This document shows, piece after piece, positions 25,153 through 36,532 of a stretch of 64,000 nt of DNA. The translations under genes and the position numbers were made by a program. The stretch comes from Mustelus asterias (lineage: Eukaryota): the NCBI RefSeq assembly GCF_964213995.1, contig NC_135811.1, forward strand, positions 97,092,001-97,156,000, written 5' to 3'. The stretch's first letter is position 1. The number at the start of each line of letters is the position of its first letter. Under the pieces are notes generated by a model, which did no database searches, was not told the DNA's origin, and was given only the letters and a program-made list of their open reading frames with translations.

Positions 25153-25189
25153 CACCTGAAGAAGGGGCTTGGAGCTCTGAAAGCTTGTG
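25153..25189 (+). ncRNA. Minimal hammerhead ribozyme motif
   Basis: CAC-CUGAAGA-A-GGGGC-UUGGA-GCUCU-GAAA-GCU-U-GUG. Confidence 0.65.
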
Positions 25190-26202
25190 TGGCTTTTGCT
25201 ACCAAATAAACCTGTTGGACTTTAACCTGGTGTTGTTAAACTTCTTACTAAAAATATAACAAATGAGAACTCAACAAATCAGAAATGTCATACAACTGTT
25301 TCTATTTCCTAATTTCTGACTTTTAATTGGGACTAGCTTAGGGGTTTAAAAAGGGCAGCATGAACAAGTCGGGCCGAAGGGCCTGTTTCCATGGTGTAAA
25401 CCTCTATGACTGCTCTGCAGGATGTGATTAATTCATTAAAACTCATTCCTTTAGTACTCAAGCTCTTTCTGTCCTGCACCCAGCTGCATTTTAAGCATGT
25501 CCAATGTTGTTGCTTCCACATTCTTGCCAGACAGGTTACTGCTAACATTACTCATCCTGAATGAAGGTCGTTCTGTTTTCAATTGACTTTTGCTAATTTA
25601 ATTCCATGGCCCACCGGTCCTGATTTCCAGGTTTACCCTGATGTAATATTTTAGGTGTGCTATCAACGTAATGTAATATTTCATGGCTAACTGATCAAAG
25701 TTGATAGCTATAATCTCCTTTTGAGAACTTTATATCTTTCCCTTGCACAGATTACTCACCAGAGGTCAGTACAACGGCAAACCTGTGTCCACTTTAGCAT
25801 AAATAGGTAAACCAGGTGAGAAAGATCACAATTATTCTATTGTCAGGAAGGAATATTTTGGATACAAGTTCCAGTTGCTGATCATTATGAAGTGATAGGA
25901 TTACCCAAGAAACAGGAAGGGCAGAATTATCTCCCTCTGAGCTGTAAAATTCAATGAAATACCTGTAGCCATAGAAATGTATATATAATATTTTCACTTT
26001 ATTGAGTAGACAAATTGAATCAATACATTACTCTTCTCAAACGTCCATTTTTTTAACAGATAGAGAAAAAATAAGTAATTATCCACAACAGCTGGACATT
26101 GAATATATTATGATACCAATTTCACAGATGCGTACATCTTTTCTGTTCTTTATAACTACAAAAAAATTCAATGTAAATAAGTCTAAAGAGGTCCATTTTG
26201 TT

Positions 26203-26844
26203 TCAACCTTTCTTGTTCCCCTCATCTTTTTCACTTTGCTGTTTCTCTGCCTCTTGCTCAGGATATAACCGGGGAGTGGTTGTTGTCTCAGGGGTGATGT
26301 TGACGGGCACAGTTCGTTCATTCACAGCTAGCAGTGCCAGGCGTGGGGCTTGAACCTTTAACCGACCGTCCTGTGACAAACAGCAGTTAAGAGCTTCAGA
26401 ATCGACATCTTCAGGCAGCTGAAATTCTCTCCTGAACTCTTCATATTTGTAGCTGTAGGAGCCGCTGCCATCATTGCTTTTCTTCTCGTGATTTCCTGTC
26501 ACCAGCACTTTTCTTCCAAACACTTTCACCTTCAGTTCTTCTGGGGAGAATCGCTGCACATCCAGGGACAGGGAAAAGCCATCTCCATCCTTGTCCCCTG
26601 ATTGTCTTTTGCCTTCTTCATTATTTTCAGCTCTCTTCTCCTGATTTCTTGGCTTTTCCTCCCAAAATTCTTTTGCCAGCTCCTCAAGAACTCGATCCAT
26701 GAAGTTCATACTCTTTCTCATTTCTTCCACCTGATTCCACATGTTGCATTCAAGCGGCTCCCAGAGCCTGTGTGGAACAGGCCACAATGTGTACACAGGC
26801 TGCTGGCACTGACGTGCAGGGTGGAAAGGCCGAAGGCTCAGCAT
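26203..26844 (-). CDS. hsp30: HSP30/HSPB9-like, copy 5 (213 aa, distinct C-terminus)
   Basis: Intact ORF from ATG at 26844; ends KDEGNKKG; 3' UTR not alignable by eye to the other copies. Confidence 0.9.
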   Translation of the reverse strand: MLSLRPFHPARQCQQPVYTLWPVPHRLWEPLECNMWNQVEEMRKSMNFMDRVLEELAKEFWEEKPRNQEKRAENNEEGKRQSGDKDGDGFSLSLDVQRFSPEELKVKVFGRKVLVTGNHEKKSNDGSGSYSYKYEEFRREFQLPEDVDSEALNCCLSQDGRLKVQAPRLALLAVNERTVPVNITPETTTTPRLYPEQEAEKQQSEKDEGNKKG

Positions 26845-26937
26845 TGTCTCTGCCTCTTCTCTCACTTCTCTCAAAGCCACTGATGTGAACTCCCAGTCTT
26901 CAGTCTCTGATCTGCTGCAGCACTCGGAACACACGCC

Positions 26938-27099
26938 TTATATATTCTAGTGGCAGAAACCCAGACACTTCCAGAATGAACTCAACTTTACTGGGTTTAT
27001 TACACGTGAAACAGAAAATAACTGATGTCTCATCTTATCCTTGATTTAAACTTGACTCGTCCTAGTGACACATTTGTGTATTTTAGAGACTTCTGGAAT
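26938..27099 (-). promoter_or_regulatory. Heat-shock promoter of copy 5 (distal part diverged)
   Basis: TATA at 26938-26944 and proximal HSE identical to the other copies; distal HSE core agagacttctggaat at 27085-27099 retained in otherwise diverged sequence. Confidence 0.8.
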
Positions 27100-27694
27100 T
27101 ACCTTACACACATGGCATTTGCTGGGTGGGAACCAACAACCTGTGCTAATATTATATACATGTTATGAAGCAGTAATTAATCTTAAATTTTATTTATTTA
27201 TTGGAAGGTAAATTCTGCAAATAAAGTACTGAACAGCTCCTGGAGAAATTGAAGTGTTTAACAAGCAGTGGACAGGCATGTGAAGCTGTAGATGATAGCG
27301 CTGTGATTGACAGGGACCCCTTATCCAGATACTTGGCAATTCTTATAACTGCGTTATTGTGTGACGCATAGACACTTGTTAACCTAAGCACTCACCAAGT
27401 AATTCCAGCCAATTCCAGTCATTCATGAATTTACTCTGATAACATTTGGTCTAACTTAGTGTCTGACTATTAATTCCACTGTAAACAGCTGTAAGTCAGA
27501 AATAGACCGGTGTTCGTCACGTCAGAATGGATGTAGAACACGACACCCTGTTTCACCTTGTCGAGGACAGTGACATGACCTGCGCTTAAAATGGCTGGAT
27601 GTGGGGAAATCAAAAAGTATTCTGCAGTAATATTTCATTGAGCAGGTGATTGTCGATGGAATGGACCCTCCGAGGAGGATGGTGCAAGTGAAGG

Positions 27695-28020
27695 AGGGTG
27701 GCACGGTGGCACAGTTGGGTTAGCACTGATGCCTCACAGCTCCAGGGACCTGGGTTCAATTCCAACCTCGGGTCACTGTCTGTGTGGAGTTTGGATGTTC
27801 TCCCAGTGTCTGTGTGGGTTTCCTCCGGGTGCTCCGGTTTCCTCCCACAGTCCAAAGATGTGCAGGTTAGGTGGATTGGCCACGCTAAATTGCCCTGTAG
27901 TGTCAGGGAGATTAGCAGGGTAAATGAGTAGAGATACTGTGATAGGGCCTGGGTGGGATTGTTGTCAGTGCAGGCTTGATGGGCTTAGTGGCCTAATTCT
28001 GAATTGTAGGGATTCTATGA
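27695..28020 (+). mobile_element. tRNA-derived SINE, tail type A
   Basis: SINE head, core and tail. Confidence 0.8.
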
Positions 28021-28852
28021 AGTTGCATTTATGGAAGACCTTTCACAACCACTATATTTCTCAAAGTTCTTTATAGCTGAAAAAACATTTCTGAAGTGCA
28101 TTCATTGTTGTAATGTAGGAAATGTGGAACACATTTACACACAGCCAACCTCCACAAACAGCAATGGGATAATAATTTGTCTTTTGTGATTATGACCGAG
28201 GGCTAAAGATTGGCCAGGACACTGGGGATAGTTTCCCTGGTCTTCTTCAAAATAGTGCCAAAGGATCTTTTACATCTAACTGAGCAGGCAGGTGGAGCCT
28301 TGATTTAATGCCTCATGCAAAGGACTGCACCCCTGACCGTGCAACACTCCCTCTGACCGTGCGGCATTCCTACTGTACTGTACTGCAGTGCCAACCTTGA
28401 TTTTTGTGCTCAAGCCCATTTTGTGAATCAGAGGTATGTGATGAATATTTCGTTTATGTTAATATTTTAGAGGTAAGTTTTTGGTACCGGATAAGGTAAC
28501 TAAAATGCTGGGCTTTAGAGATTGCCAGATCGTCTAGAATAAAATGGCGGCTCAGAAGGTGACCCATATTTGTTTAGTTGAGTTGGAATAGAAGAAATAG
28601 AGTCATAAACAGCATGTGGCTTACTTAGGTGGAGAACTGGAGAAGTAATGTCTGCATTGCTTGCAAAGAGGTGCAGTCCAGAGAGATTTGTTTTGGGAGT
28701 TAGACCGAATTTAGTTTAAAAGTATTCAGTGAATCCTGTAAAGCTACATTATCATGGAGATGGGTGGAACTTAAGAATGCTCTCTGTTCTCAATTTATCT
28801 GTTTTCTGGGAGAGGGTATTGGTTGCAGTTTAGACCTTGTGTGGTTTGCAGC

Positions 28853-29276
28853 AATGATGTGGAGATGCCGGCGTTGGACTGGGGTGGGCACAGTAAGAAG
28901 TCTCACAACACCATGTTAACGTCCAACAGGTTTATTTGGTAGCACAAACTTTCGGAGTATCGCTCCTTCTTCAGGTGAGTGAGGCGTTGTGTTCACAAAC
29001 AGGGCATATATAGACACAAACCCAATTTACAAGATAATGGTTGGAATGCGAGTCTTTACAGGCAATCAAGTCTTAAAGGTACAGACAATGAGAGTGGAGA
29101 GAGAGTTAAGCACAGGTTAAAGAGGTGTGTATTGTCTCCAGCCAGGACAGTTAGTGAGATTTTGCAAGCCCAGGCAAGTCGTGGAGGTTACAGATAGTGT
29201 GACATGAACTTAAGATCCCAGTTGTGCTACCAAATAAACCTGTTGGACTTTAACCTGGTGTTGTGAGACTTCTTAC
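28853..29276 (-). mobile_element. PLE pLTR fragment with a short terminal inversion
   Basis: Same pLTR sequence as 4448-4780 and 51006-51350; inverted ~50-bp end at 29224-29276; TSD tgtggtttgcagc at 28840-28852 and 29277-29289. Confidence 0.85.
28943..28977 (-). ncRNA. Minimal hammerhead ribozyme motif (stem III variant)
   Basis: CAC-CUGAAGA-A-GGAGC-GAU-ACUCC-GAAA-GUU-U-GUG. Confidence 0.55.
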
Positions 29277-29861
29277 TGTGGTTTGCAGCTCACAGAGAAG
29301 CCCAAGTAGCTGTTATCAGGATCCGGCTCTGGCTCCCAGATGTCCTTGGGAGCTGATAAGATTGCTGGTTCTGTGATGGGGAGAGTTAGGGCTCAGGGAG
29401 AAATCCTGAGGGCCATTTAGCTTGGTGCAGCCGGGAGACTGGAGTTCGGAAAAACACAAGGTCATTGCCAGCTTAGTCTGCAGGAGTTGAAATTGTGCTG
29501 GTAATTAGAGCTGGGAGTGCAGTTTTGTGAATCCCATGTAAAGCAGCCTCGGGAAGAAATGGAACCATTGGGAGGTGAGCAGTCATTTAGGCAATCTGAG
29601 TCACGAGAGGTTTTTGAGATAATTCAGGGCCTAGATCTTCGAGAGTGAAGAGCTGAAATCCCCTGTGAGAAAAGCAGAGTTTTAACGAGATTTTCTGACT
29701 TGCTGAAGTCTGGGTGGGTTGCGGAGCAATCCATGGGATCTGTCTTGGTTGCATCTGCCATTTAGTGTTCAGTGTGCTGCGTTTGACCAGTTTGCTTGTT
29801 AATTCATATTCACCTGACGTGAATTCTGAATTGCTTTACTTTTCAAAGTGAGTTACTGAAA

Positions 29862-30495
29862 TGTTAAAGTTTGAGCCATAACTTCCTATTTCTGGGAGGG
29901 AGTCATATCCCAGGAGATGCGCAGGGAGACACCCGGATGTCCCCATGCAAGAACTGAATGGGAATTGCCCAAAAAGTTCAAACTTCCAATAGGCAATTAT
30001 TCAGCACTGGGAAATGAAAGGGTTAATAATTACACAAGTTTGAAAATGTCAGTCACACAGGGAAAGCTATGTGCAAACCACACGTCTTGATTAAAACAGA
30101 CCCAGATGACAGTCAAGGACCATTTAATTGATGATGTGTAGCTACAGCTCATGTTTGCCCATTAGAACAAGGAACAATGGAAAGGGAAGTTGATATACCT
30201 TTGGTCAGAGATATAGCTATCATTGCTTGATTATACAATATGCAAAAGTTATAATTGAACACTAGAACCTTATGTATGCATGATGTAATCTTAATCAATA
30301 GCTGTGAGTGGCTAGAGATAACTCCTATACTTTTATTGATAAATGCTCATTACTTGTAATCGAATTTGAAACTATAATTGCTTGTGTATTTCTGAATTCT
30401 GCACTCTGAGTCCTGTAGTGCTATAGTTATCAATAAATCATCTTGAACCACTCTGTGACTTTGGCTACTTGAGAGGAATGGTAGTTTTAACCACA
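29862..30495 (+). mobile_element. Candidate solo LTR
   Basis: Starts TGTTAAA, ends TTTAACCACA; AATAAA at ~30432; flanks tgaaa/agaaa (4/5 TSD match). Confidence 0.35.
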
Positions 30496-30792
30496 AGAAA
30501 AACATAGTACTAGCCCCTTAACAGGAACCATCTGAAACTCTGATTTAAATCAGAGACTTTGGATCGTTCCACTGTCTTAGCAGTTACCCAGGAATGGTTA
30601 GTCTAATCCCTGGTAACAATTGTACCAACTTCCTGCAGTCAAGTAACATGCTTCGGATAATTGTGACTTTGAATATATGGTTCCCAATGCTCTCCACCAC
30701 TTTTCTTTTGTGATCTTGTAGATTAATTGAGACTGATTTCTGTCAGCAACAGCTCCATTATCATTGTATCATGTGATTACCAGAATGAAGAA

Positions 30793-31370
30793 TTTGATTT
30801 GATTTGATTTTTGATTTGATTTGATTTATTATTGTCACACGTATTAACATACAGTGAAAAGTATTGTTTCTTGCGCCCTATACAGACAAAACACACCGTT
30901 CATAGAGAAGGAAACGAGAGAGTGCAGAATGTAGTGTTACAGTCATAGCTAGGGTGTGGAGAAAGATCAACTTAATGCAAGTTAAGTCCATTCAAAAGTT
31001 TGACAGCAGCAGGGAAGAAGCTGTTCTTTTGTCAATTGGAACGGGACCTCAGACTTTTGTATCATTTTCCTGAAGGAAGAAGGTGGAAGAGAAAATGTCC
31101 GGGGTGCGTGGGGTCCTTAATTATGCTGGCTGCTTTGCCGAGGCAGCGGGAAGGACAGGAGGCTGGTTTGTGTGATGGATTGGGCTTCATTCACGACCTT
31201 TTGTAGTTCCTTGCGGTCTTGGGCAGAGCAGGAGCCATACCAAGCTGTACATCCAGAAAGAATGCTTTCTGTGGTGCATCTGTAAAAATTGATGAGAGTT
31301 GTAGCTGACATGCCAAATTTCCTTCATCTTCTGAGAAAGTAGAGGCGTAGGTGGGCTTTCTTAACTGTAG
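30793..31370 (-). mobile_element. Rex1/Babar-type LINE 3' fragment with (TCAAA)n tail
   Basis: Colinear with 8015-8590; (tttga)n microsatellite at 30793-30826. Confidence 0.8.
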
Positions 31371-32062
31371 TGAAAGGCAAACTAAATGGGCCTTGGTCTT
31401 TTTCCATCCAGTAATTCTTGCTTTGACAGTATATTTGAGTGCAATCTCGGACCTCTGCAAACTTCTGTTGTTTGGCTAAGGCCTTCTCAGAAGTGTTTGA
31501 TTAAGCTTGAGATTTGCTGCCAGTTATGGTTAGCACACTCGGGACAAATCTGAATAATTCATTCGATCGGTCAAAAAGTACTCTTGCAGTGGCATTTATT
31601 TGATATTTAATGAGCAAAAAGCACAAGAGAAAAATCAGCACTGCAGAGGAGTGGAAAGGTTCAGTAAGGGGAGGGTGCGACTGTCAGGCAAGATAACAGG
31701 GACTTAAGAGGTCGAGAAGGTTGATCCCAGACACTGGTCCTACAATGTACTCTCTACCTGTGAGGGCAAGGCAAAAAGCTGCAGCACGACAGGGCAGACC
31801 AAGGCCCCAAGGGTCAGAAGGCTGGGTGGGAAGAATAGAAGTGTGGGAATGGTAGCGGATTCCATATTTAAAGAGGAACATAGCATCCTTCGCAGCCACA
31901 AAACTGAGTCCTGAAGGTGGAGTTGTCAAACCAGTACCAAGCTGACGTATTACATAGCAGCTGGAGAGAATTTGGAAAGAGTAAGGGAAAAACTGAGTTG
32001 TTGTGGCCAATGTTGGAAACAGGTGGAGTTCCTGCCGAAGGCGTGTTAGGAATAATAAAATA

Positions 32063-32446
32063 GGGGCGGCACGGGGGTTAGCACTGCTGCCTCACAGCGC
32101 CAGGGACCCAGGTTCGATTCCCGGCTCGGGTCACTGTTTGTGTGGAGTCTGCATGTTCTCCCTGTGTCTGCGTGGGTTTAGCTAATGACATTTGCTACCA
32201 AATAAACCTGTTGGACTTTAACCTGGTGTCGTTAAAACTCTTACTGTGTTTACCCCAGTCCAACGCCGGCATCTCCACATCATGGGTTTCCTCCCACAGT
32301 CTGAAAGACTTGCTGGTTAGGCGCATTGGCCATGCTAAATTCTCCCTCAGTGTACCCAAACAGGTGCCGGAGCGTGGTGACTAGGGATTTTCACAGTAAC
32401 TTCATTGCACTGTTAATGCAAGCCTACTTGTGACACTAATAAACTT
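32063..32446 (+). mobile_element. tRNA-derived SINE (tail B) interrupted by a PLE terminal fragment at ~32191-32282
   Basis: SINE core split at tgggttt; insert ttgctaccaaataaacctgttggac...ccggcatctccacatca. Confidence 0.8.
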
Positions 32447-32962
32447 TTTTAAAAAGTTGTCTTTATTTTGTAGTGCAGTGGGTGTTTCTTTGCATGGTCA
32501 CTTAAATGGGCTGAGTTGTGCGCAGGAACCTTTGAGATGCTGCTTAGAGGAGCTTTATCAAATAAGGCTTTGAGGGTAATAGCCTTTGGATTATTGCCTG
32601 AGCCAGTTGCAAATAGGTATACAGATCAAAGTTAACAAAAGGCTAAAGGGTTGACGTAGGAAAAGGGCAGGGTCCTTTTCACGAGATTTAGGCGAATATT
32701 GAATATGTATTCTTTCATTCAGCACTGTCTGCAACTAGCAAGAGCTAGTAATAGATAGCAGTGTCAGTCTCATGAGTAGCTAGAACAGCGTATGCTTGGG
32801 ACAGTAAAAGTTTGCAAATTTGATGCTCCACAAATGATACAGCACCCATTGCAGGTGTTTTAGTGCAAAATCTAACTGTCTGAAAACATCATCTTGCAAA
32901 GTTAATAGGAGCAATATAAAGGGAACAAAAATGAACATGAAGCAATGTCATTGATGGTTAAA

Positions 32963-33234
32963 GTAAGTTTTCTTTATTGATTAGTGTCACAAGTAGGCTT
33001 ACATTAACACTGCAATGAAGTTACTGTGAAAATCCCTTAATTGCCACACTCCAGCACCTGTTCGGATACAGAGGGAGAATTTAGCATGGCCAATGAACCG
33101 AACCAGCATGTCTTCAGACTGTGGGATGAAACCCACACAGACACGGGGAGAACGTGCAGATTCTGCACAGACTGACCCAAGCCGGGAACCAAACCTGGGT
33201 CCCTAGCGCTGTGAAGCAACAGTACTAACCACTA
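32963..33234 (-). mobile_element. tRNA-derived SINE, tail type B
   Basis: Reverse-complement SINE. Confidence 0.75.
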
Positions 33235-34139
33235 AGTAAGGAAGGAGGGAGAAATAAAAGTTTGCTGATAAGAATACACAAAAATAAATGTGTGAGGTTC
33301 AAGCCTTGTGCCTTTTTGAATTGCCAGGGTTCTTGGGGTGTCTAAAGTTTCCCATTGCAAAGCCGATCAGTTTCAACTTGCCAACCAATCAGCACCCTTT
33401 TCCCCTGGAGTATAAATTGTTGTGATTGCTTGAAATTTGGCACTCTCTCATTTGTCCTGATGAGTGCAAGAGTAGCAGCTTCAGCAACAGGCCTCACTTT
33501 TCAGTGCATTCAAAAAAATGATAATGGTTTACAGCTACCAATATGAAAAGTAGGAATGAATCTGTCATAACATAAGACTAGTCAGCAGAGTGCTTTATAT
33601 GTGCAAGTAGTGTGCTTGCAGCAATGTAATTCAATCTCTATTTTGTTGCCATACATTATCATTTCAATACTTTCATCAAATCTCTCCACCTTTAGATTGT
33701 AGAATTGCCCAAGTAAACTTGTCATATTAATTACACCTTCCTGCCTCAGAGCTTCAGCAAGGCAAGTTTACAGAGGCAGTGTCCATTATAAATATGGGGG
33801 AAAAAATCATTTATAATGTAAATTAGTTAACAGACACAAAATGTTCATTTATAAATCATGGGGCACAGGAGTGATTCAGGAAATGTGTAAACACTGCAAA
33901 GTGGAACCTCCTTCCTCCGTGACAAAGAACCATTCTGTAACTTTCAAAAGAGAACTAAATATAGATGTGAAAAGGAAGACAAGGAAGGCTATGAGGCAGT
34001 GAGAAAGAAGCAGGCAGCTCTTTCAAAGCAGCAGCAAAAACATGATGGGCTGAATGGCCTCTTTGTGCCGTGTAATTCTCACTTTCGGTGTATAGTGGAA
34101 GGTTCTGATCATTTCGCCTTGCACATACAATGTGACAAT

Positions 34140-34268
34140 AATGAAAAATACTGCAGCTGTCAGAAATCTGAAAGACAAAGAAAATGTTGGAAACTCAGAA
34201 CTGGCAGCAACGTTAACTCCATTTCTCTCTCCACTGATGCTGCCCGACTTGCTATTTCCAGCATTTAG
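34140..34268. repeat. Short palindromic dispersed repeat (centre-deleted member of the family at 41235, 44925 and 59888)
   Basis: aaatgttggaaa...ggcagca arm vs tgctgcc...tttccagcattt arm. Confidence 0.6.
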
Positions 34269-34510
34269 TTTGGTATAACAATACCCTTGGCACAGGGTAA
34301 GAAACTACCTAAATATATTGAATTTAATTATCCACAAGCTGCAAGGGAGTTTTATGTTAGAGGGACGGAAATCAATGGATGATGCAATGTAGCATTGTTC
34401 TGTTGTGTGTAAATTGCATTTGATAACAAATCAGTGTCAAATAACGCTGTGAACATTCCATATTGTAGCAAACAAAGGCCAAAATTTTCCGGCTGTTCCC
34501 AGCGGCAGGG

Positions 34511-34809
34511 TAGAATCCCTTCAGTGCAGAAAGAATCCATTTAGCCCATCGAGCCGGCACTGACAACAATCCCACCCAGGCCCTATCCCCGTAACCACAC
34601 GTACATACCTTGCTAGTCCCCTGACACAAAGGAGCAACTTACCATAGCCAATCAACCTAGCCCGCACATCTTTGGACTGGAGGAAGAAACCCACGCAGAT
34701 ACGGGGAGAATGTGCAAACTCCATACAGACAGTCACCCGAGGCTGGAATTGAACCTGGGTTCCTGGTGCTGAGGCAGCAGTGCTAACCTCTGTGCCACCA
34801 TGCCGCCCC
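34511..34809 (-). mobile_element. tRNA-derived SINE, tail type A
   Basis: Reverse-complement SINE. Confidence 0.78.
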
Positions 34810-35116
34810 AATCCCATTGATGGTGACACCCCACCCCAGGTTCCCCAGCAGCAGAGGGTGTGAACAACGGGAAAACCTGTTAACAGTGGCAGGGCCGGAA
34901 CATCTCACTATCGGCAATGGCACTGTCACCGCGAGAGTGGGCAGTAAATCCTGCCCAAGAACTTCACTATTTTGCTGAGTAGCTAAAATAAAGCTAACTT
35001 ATTAGAAATGGGGAAAATATAAACTTGTATTAAAACACTCACTTTACTCTTGCTTGGTTTTCAAATGCACTCAAATGAGATTTTTTAAAAACAAGTTTTC
35101 AAAACCCTTTGTTAAT

Positions 35117-35122
35117 TTTATT
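35117..35122 (-). terminator. Likely polyadenylation signal of RPL41
   Basis: AATAAA on the minus strand ~180 nt after the stop codon. Confidence 0.6.
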
Positions 35123-35298
35123 TTATAACATCAAGAATCGTATAAAACACATTCCAGAACAGTGTTCAGTAACTGATAAAACAAACGGGATTCCCCGAAA
35201 CGTGAAAGCATGAGCATCTTTCATTGATTACTGATGAAGCTAAAACTTAAAACACAGCCACCAGTCGTCATGGTTCCACCATCCTTTAGTTGAAGGCG

Positions 35299-35341
35299 TT
35301 ACTTGGATCTTGCTCTCATCTTCCTCCTCTTGCGTTTCAAT
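35299..35341 (-). CDS. RPL41: Ribosomal protein L41, coding exon 3
   Basis: ag|A TTG AAA CGC AAG AGG AGG AAG ATG AGA GCA AGA TCC AAG TAA = (R)LKRKRRKMRARSK*; AG acceptor at 35342-35343. Confidence 0.95.
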
Positions 35342-35457
35342 CTATATCGGAATAGAGACAGTAGGAGTTTAAAGTGAGTTATGCGCTGCTAATTGCATTT
35401 ACAAAATTGAAGCAGCTAACATGCAAAAAAATGGTTAAACTCTTTTTATAATCTAAC

Positions 35458-35740
35458 CATAGAATCTCTACATTGCGGAAAGATGCCATTCAGCTCATCG
35501 AGCCTGCACCGACAACAATCCCACCCAGCCCCTATCCCTGTAACACCACACATTTACCCTGCTAATCCCCCTGACACTAAGGGGTAATTGAGCATGGCCA
35601 ATCAACCTAACCTAAACTTCGGGAGGAAACTGGAACACCGGGAGGAAACCCACCCAGACACAGGGAGAACGTACAAACTCCACACAGTAACCCGAGTCTG
35701 GAACTGAACCCAGGTCCCTGGCGCTGTGAGGCATTGTGCT
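35458..35740 (-). mobile_element. tRNA-derived SINE, tail type A
   Basis: Reverse-complement SINE within RPL41 intron 2. Confidence 0.75.
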
Positions 35741-36218
35741 GCCCTGCAGGAAACAGGGGGAAGAATTTTCCCCCTCATTTCTATATTCCAGTATTACATT
35801 CTTTCTACACAACACTGTTCAAAAACATGAAAAAGAAAATATGTTTTACGCTGACTGTTTTAGCTGATTGACTCTGGAGTGCTGGTCCTGGTTTTCAAAT
35901 CCCTTCACGGCCTCATCCATCCCCATCTCTCTAATCTCCTCCAATCCCACAATCTTCCAAGATATCTGCGCTCTTTGGATTCTCATGTTCCCAATTACAC
36001 CGTGGTGGTGCCATGCCTCGAGTTGCCTAGATTCCAAGCTGTGGAATTCCTTCCCACATCTCTCCGCCTGTCAAACTTCACTTTCCTAAACTTTTGGTCA
36101 TTTGATCTTTTATTTCCTTATGTGGCTCTGTGTCATATTCTGTTTTGTAATGCTCTTTTGAACCGCTTTGTCATGTTCGTTGTGTTAAAGGCATTGTACA
36201 AATTTAAGTTGTTGTTGA

Positions 36219-36532
36219 GGGTGGGGTAGCGCAATGGTTAGCACTGCTGCTTCACAGCACCAAGGACCCGGGTTCAATTCCGGCCTCGGGTCACTTTGTG
36301 TGTGGAGTTTGCACATTCTCCCCGTGTCTGCGTGGGTTTCCTCCGGGTGCTCTGGTTTCCTCCCACAGTCCAAAGCTGAGCGGGTTAGGTTGATTAGCTA
36401 AATTGACCCTTACTGTCAGGGGGATTAGCAGGGGAAATATGTGGGGTTATGGGAATATGGCCTGGGTGGGATTATGGTCGGTGAAGACTCAGTGAGCTGA
36501 ATGGCCTCCTTCTGTACTGTAGGGATTCTATG
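36219..36532 (+). mobile_element. tRNA-derived SINE, tail type A
   Basis: SINE head, core and tail. Confidence 0.8.

Larger units (their letters stand above)
24822..25248. mobile_element. Palindromic PLE-derived mini-element (two inverted pLTR ends)
   Basis: ~170-bp near-perfect inverted arms (24858-25031 vs 25075-25248); TSD taaaaatataac at 24810-24821 and 25249-25260. Confidence 0.85.

Noticed and set aside
33320-33500. CTGATGA-gtgcaag motif resembling a hammerhead in a pLTR-like fragment; similar partial hits at ~22833 and ~41662
   Set aside because: GAAA and/or the stems are missing or broken, too degenerate to call.
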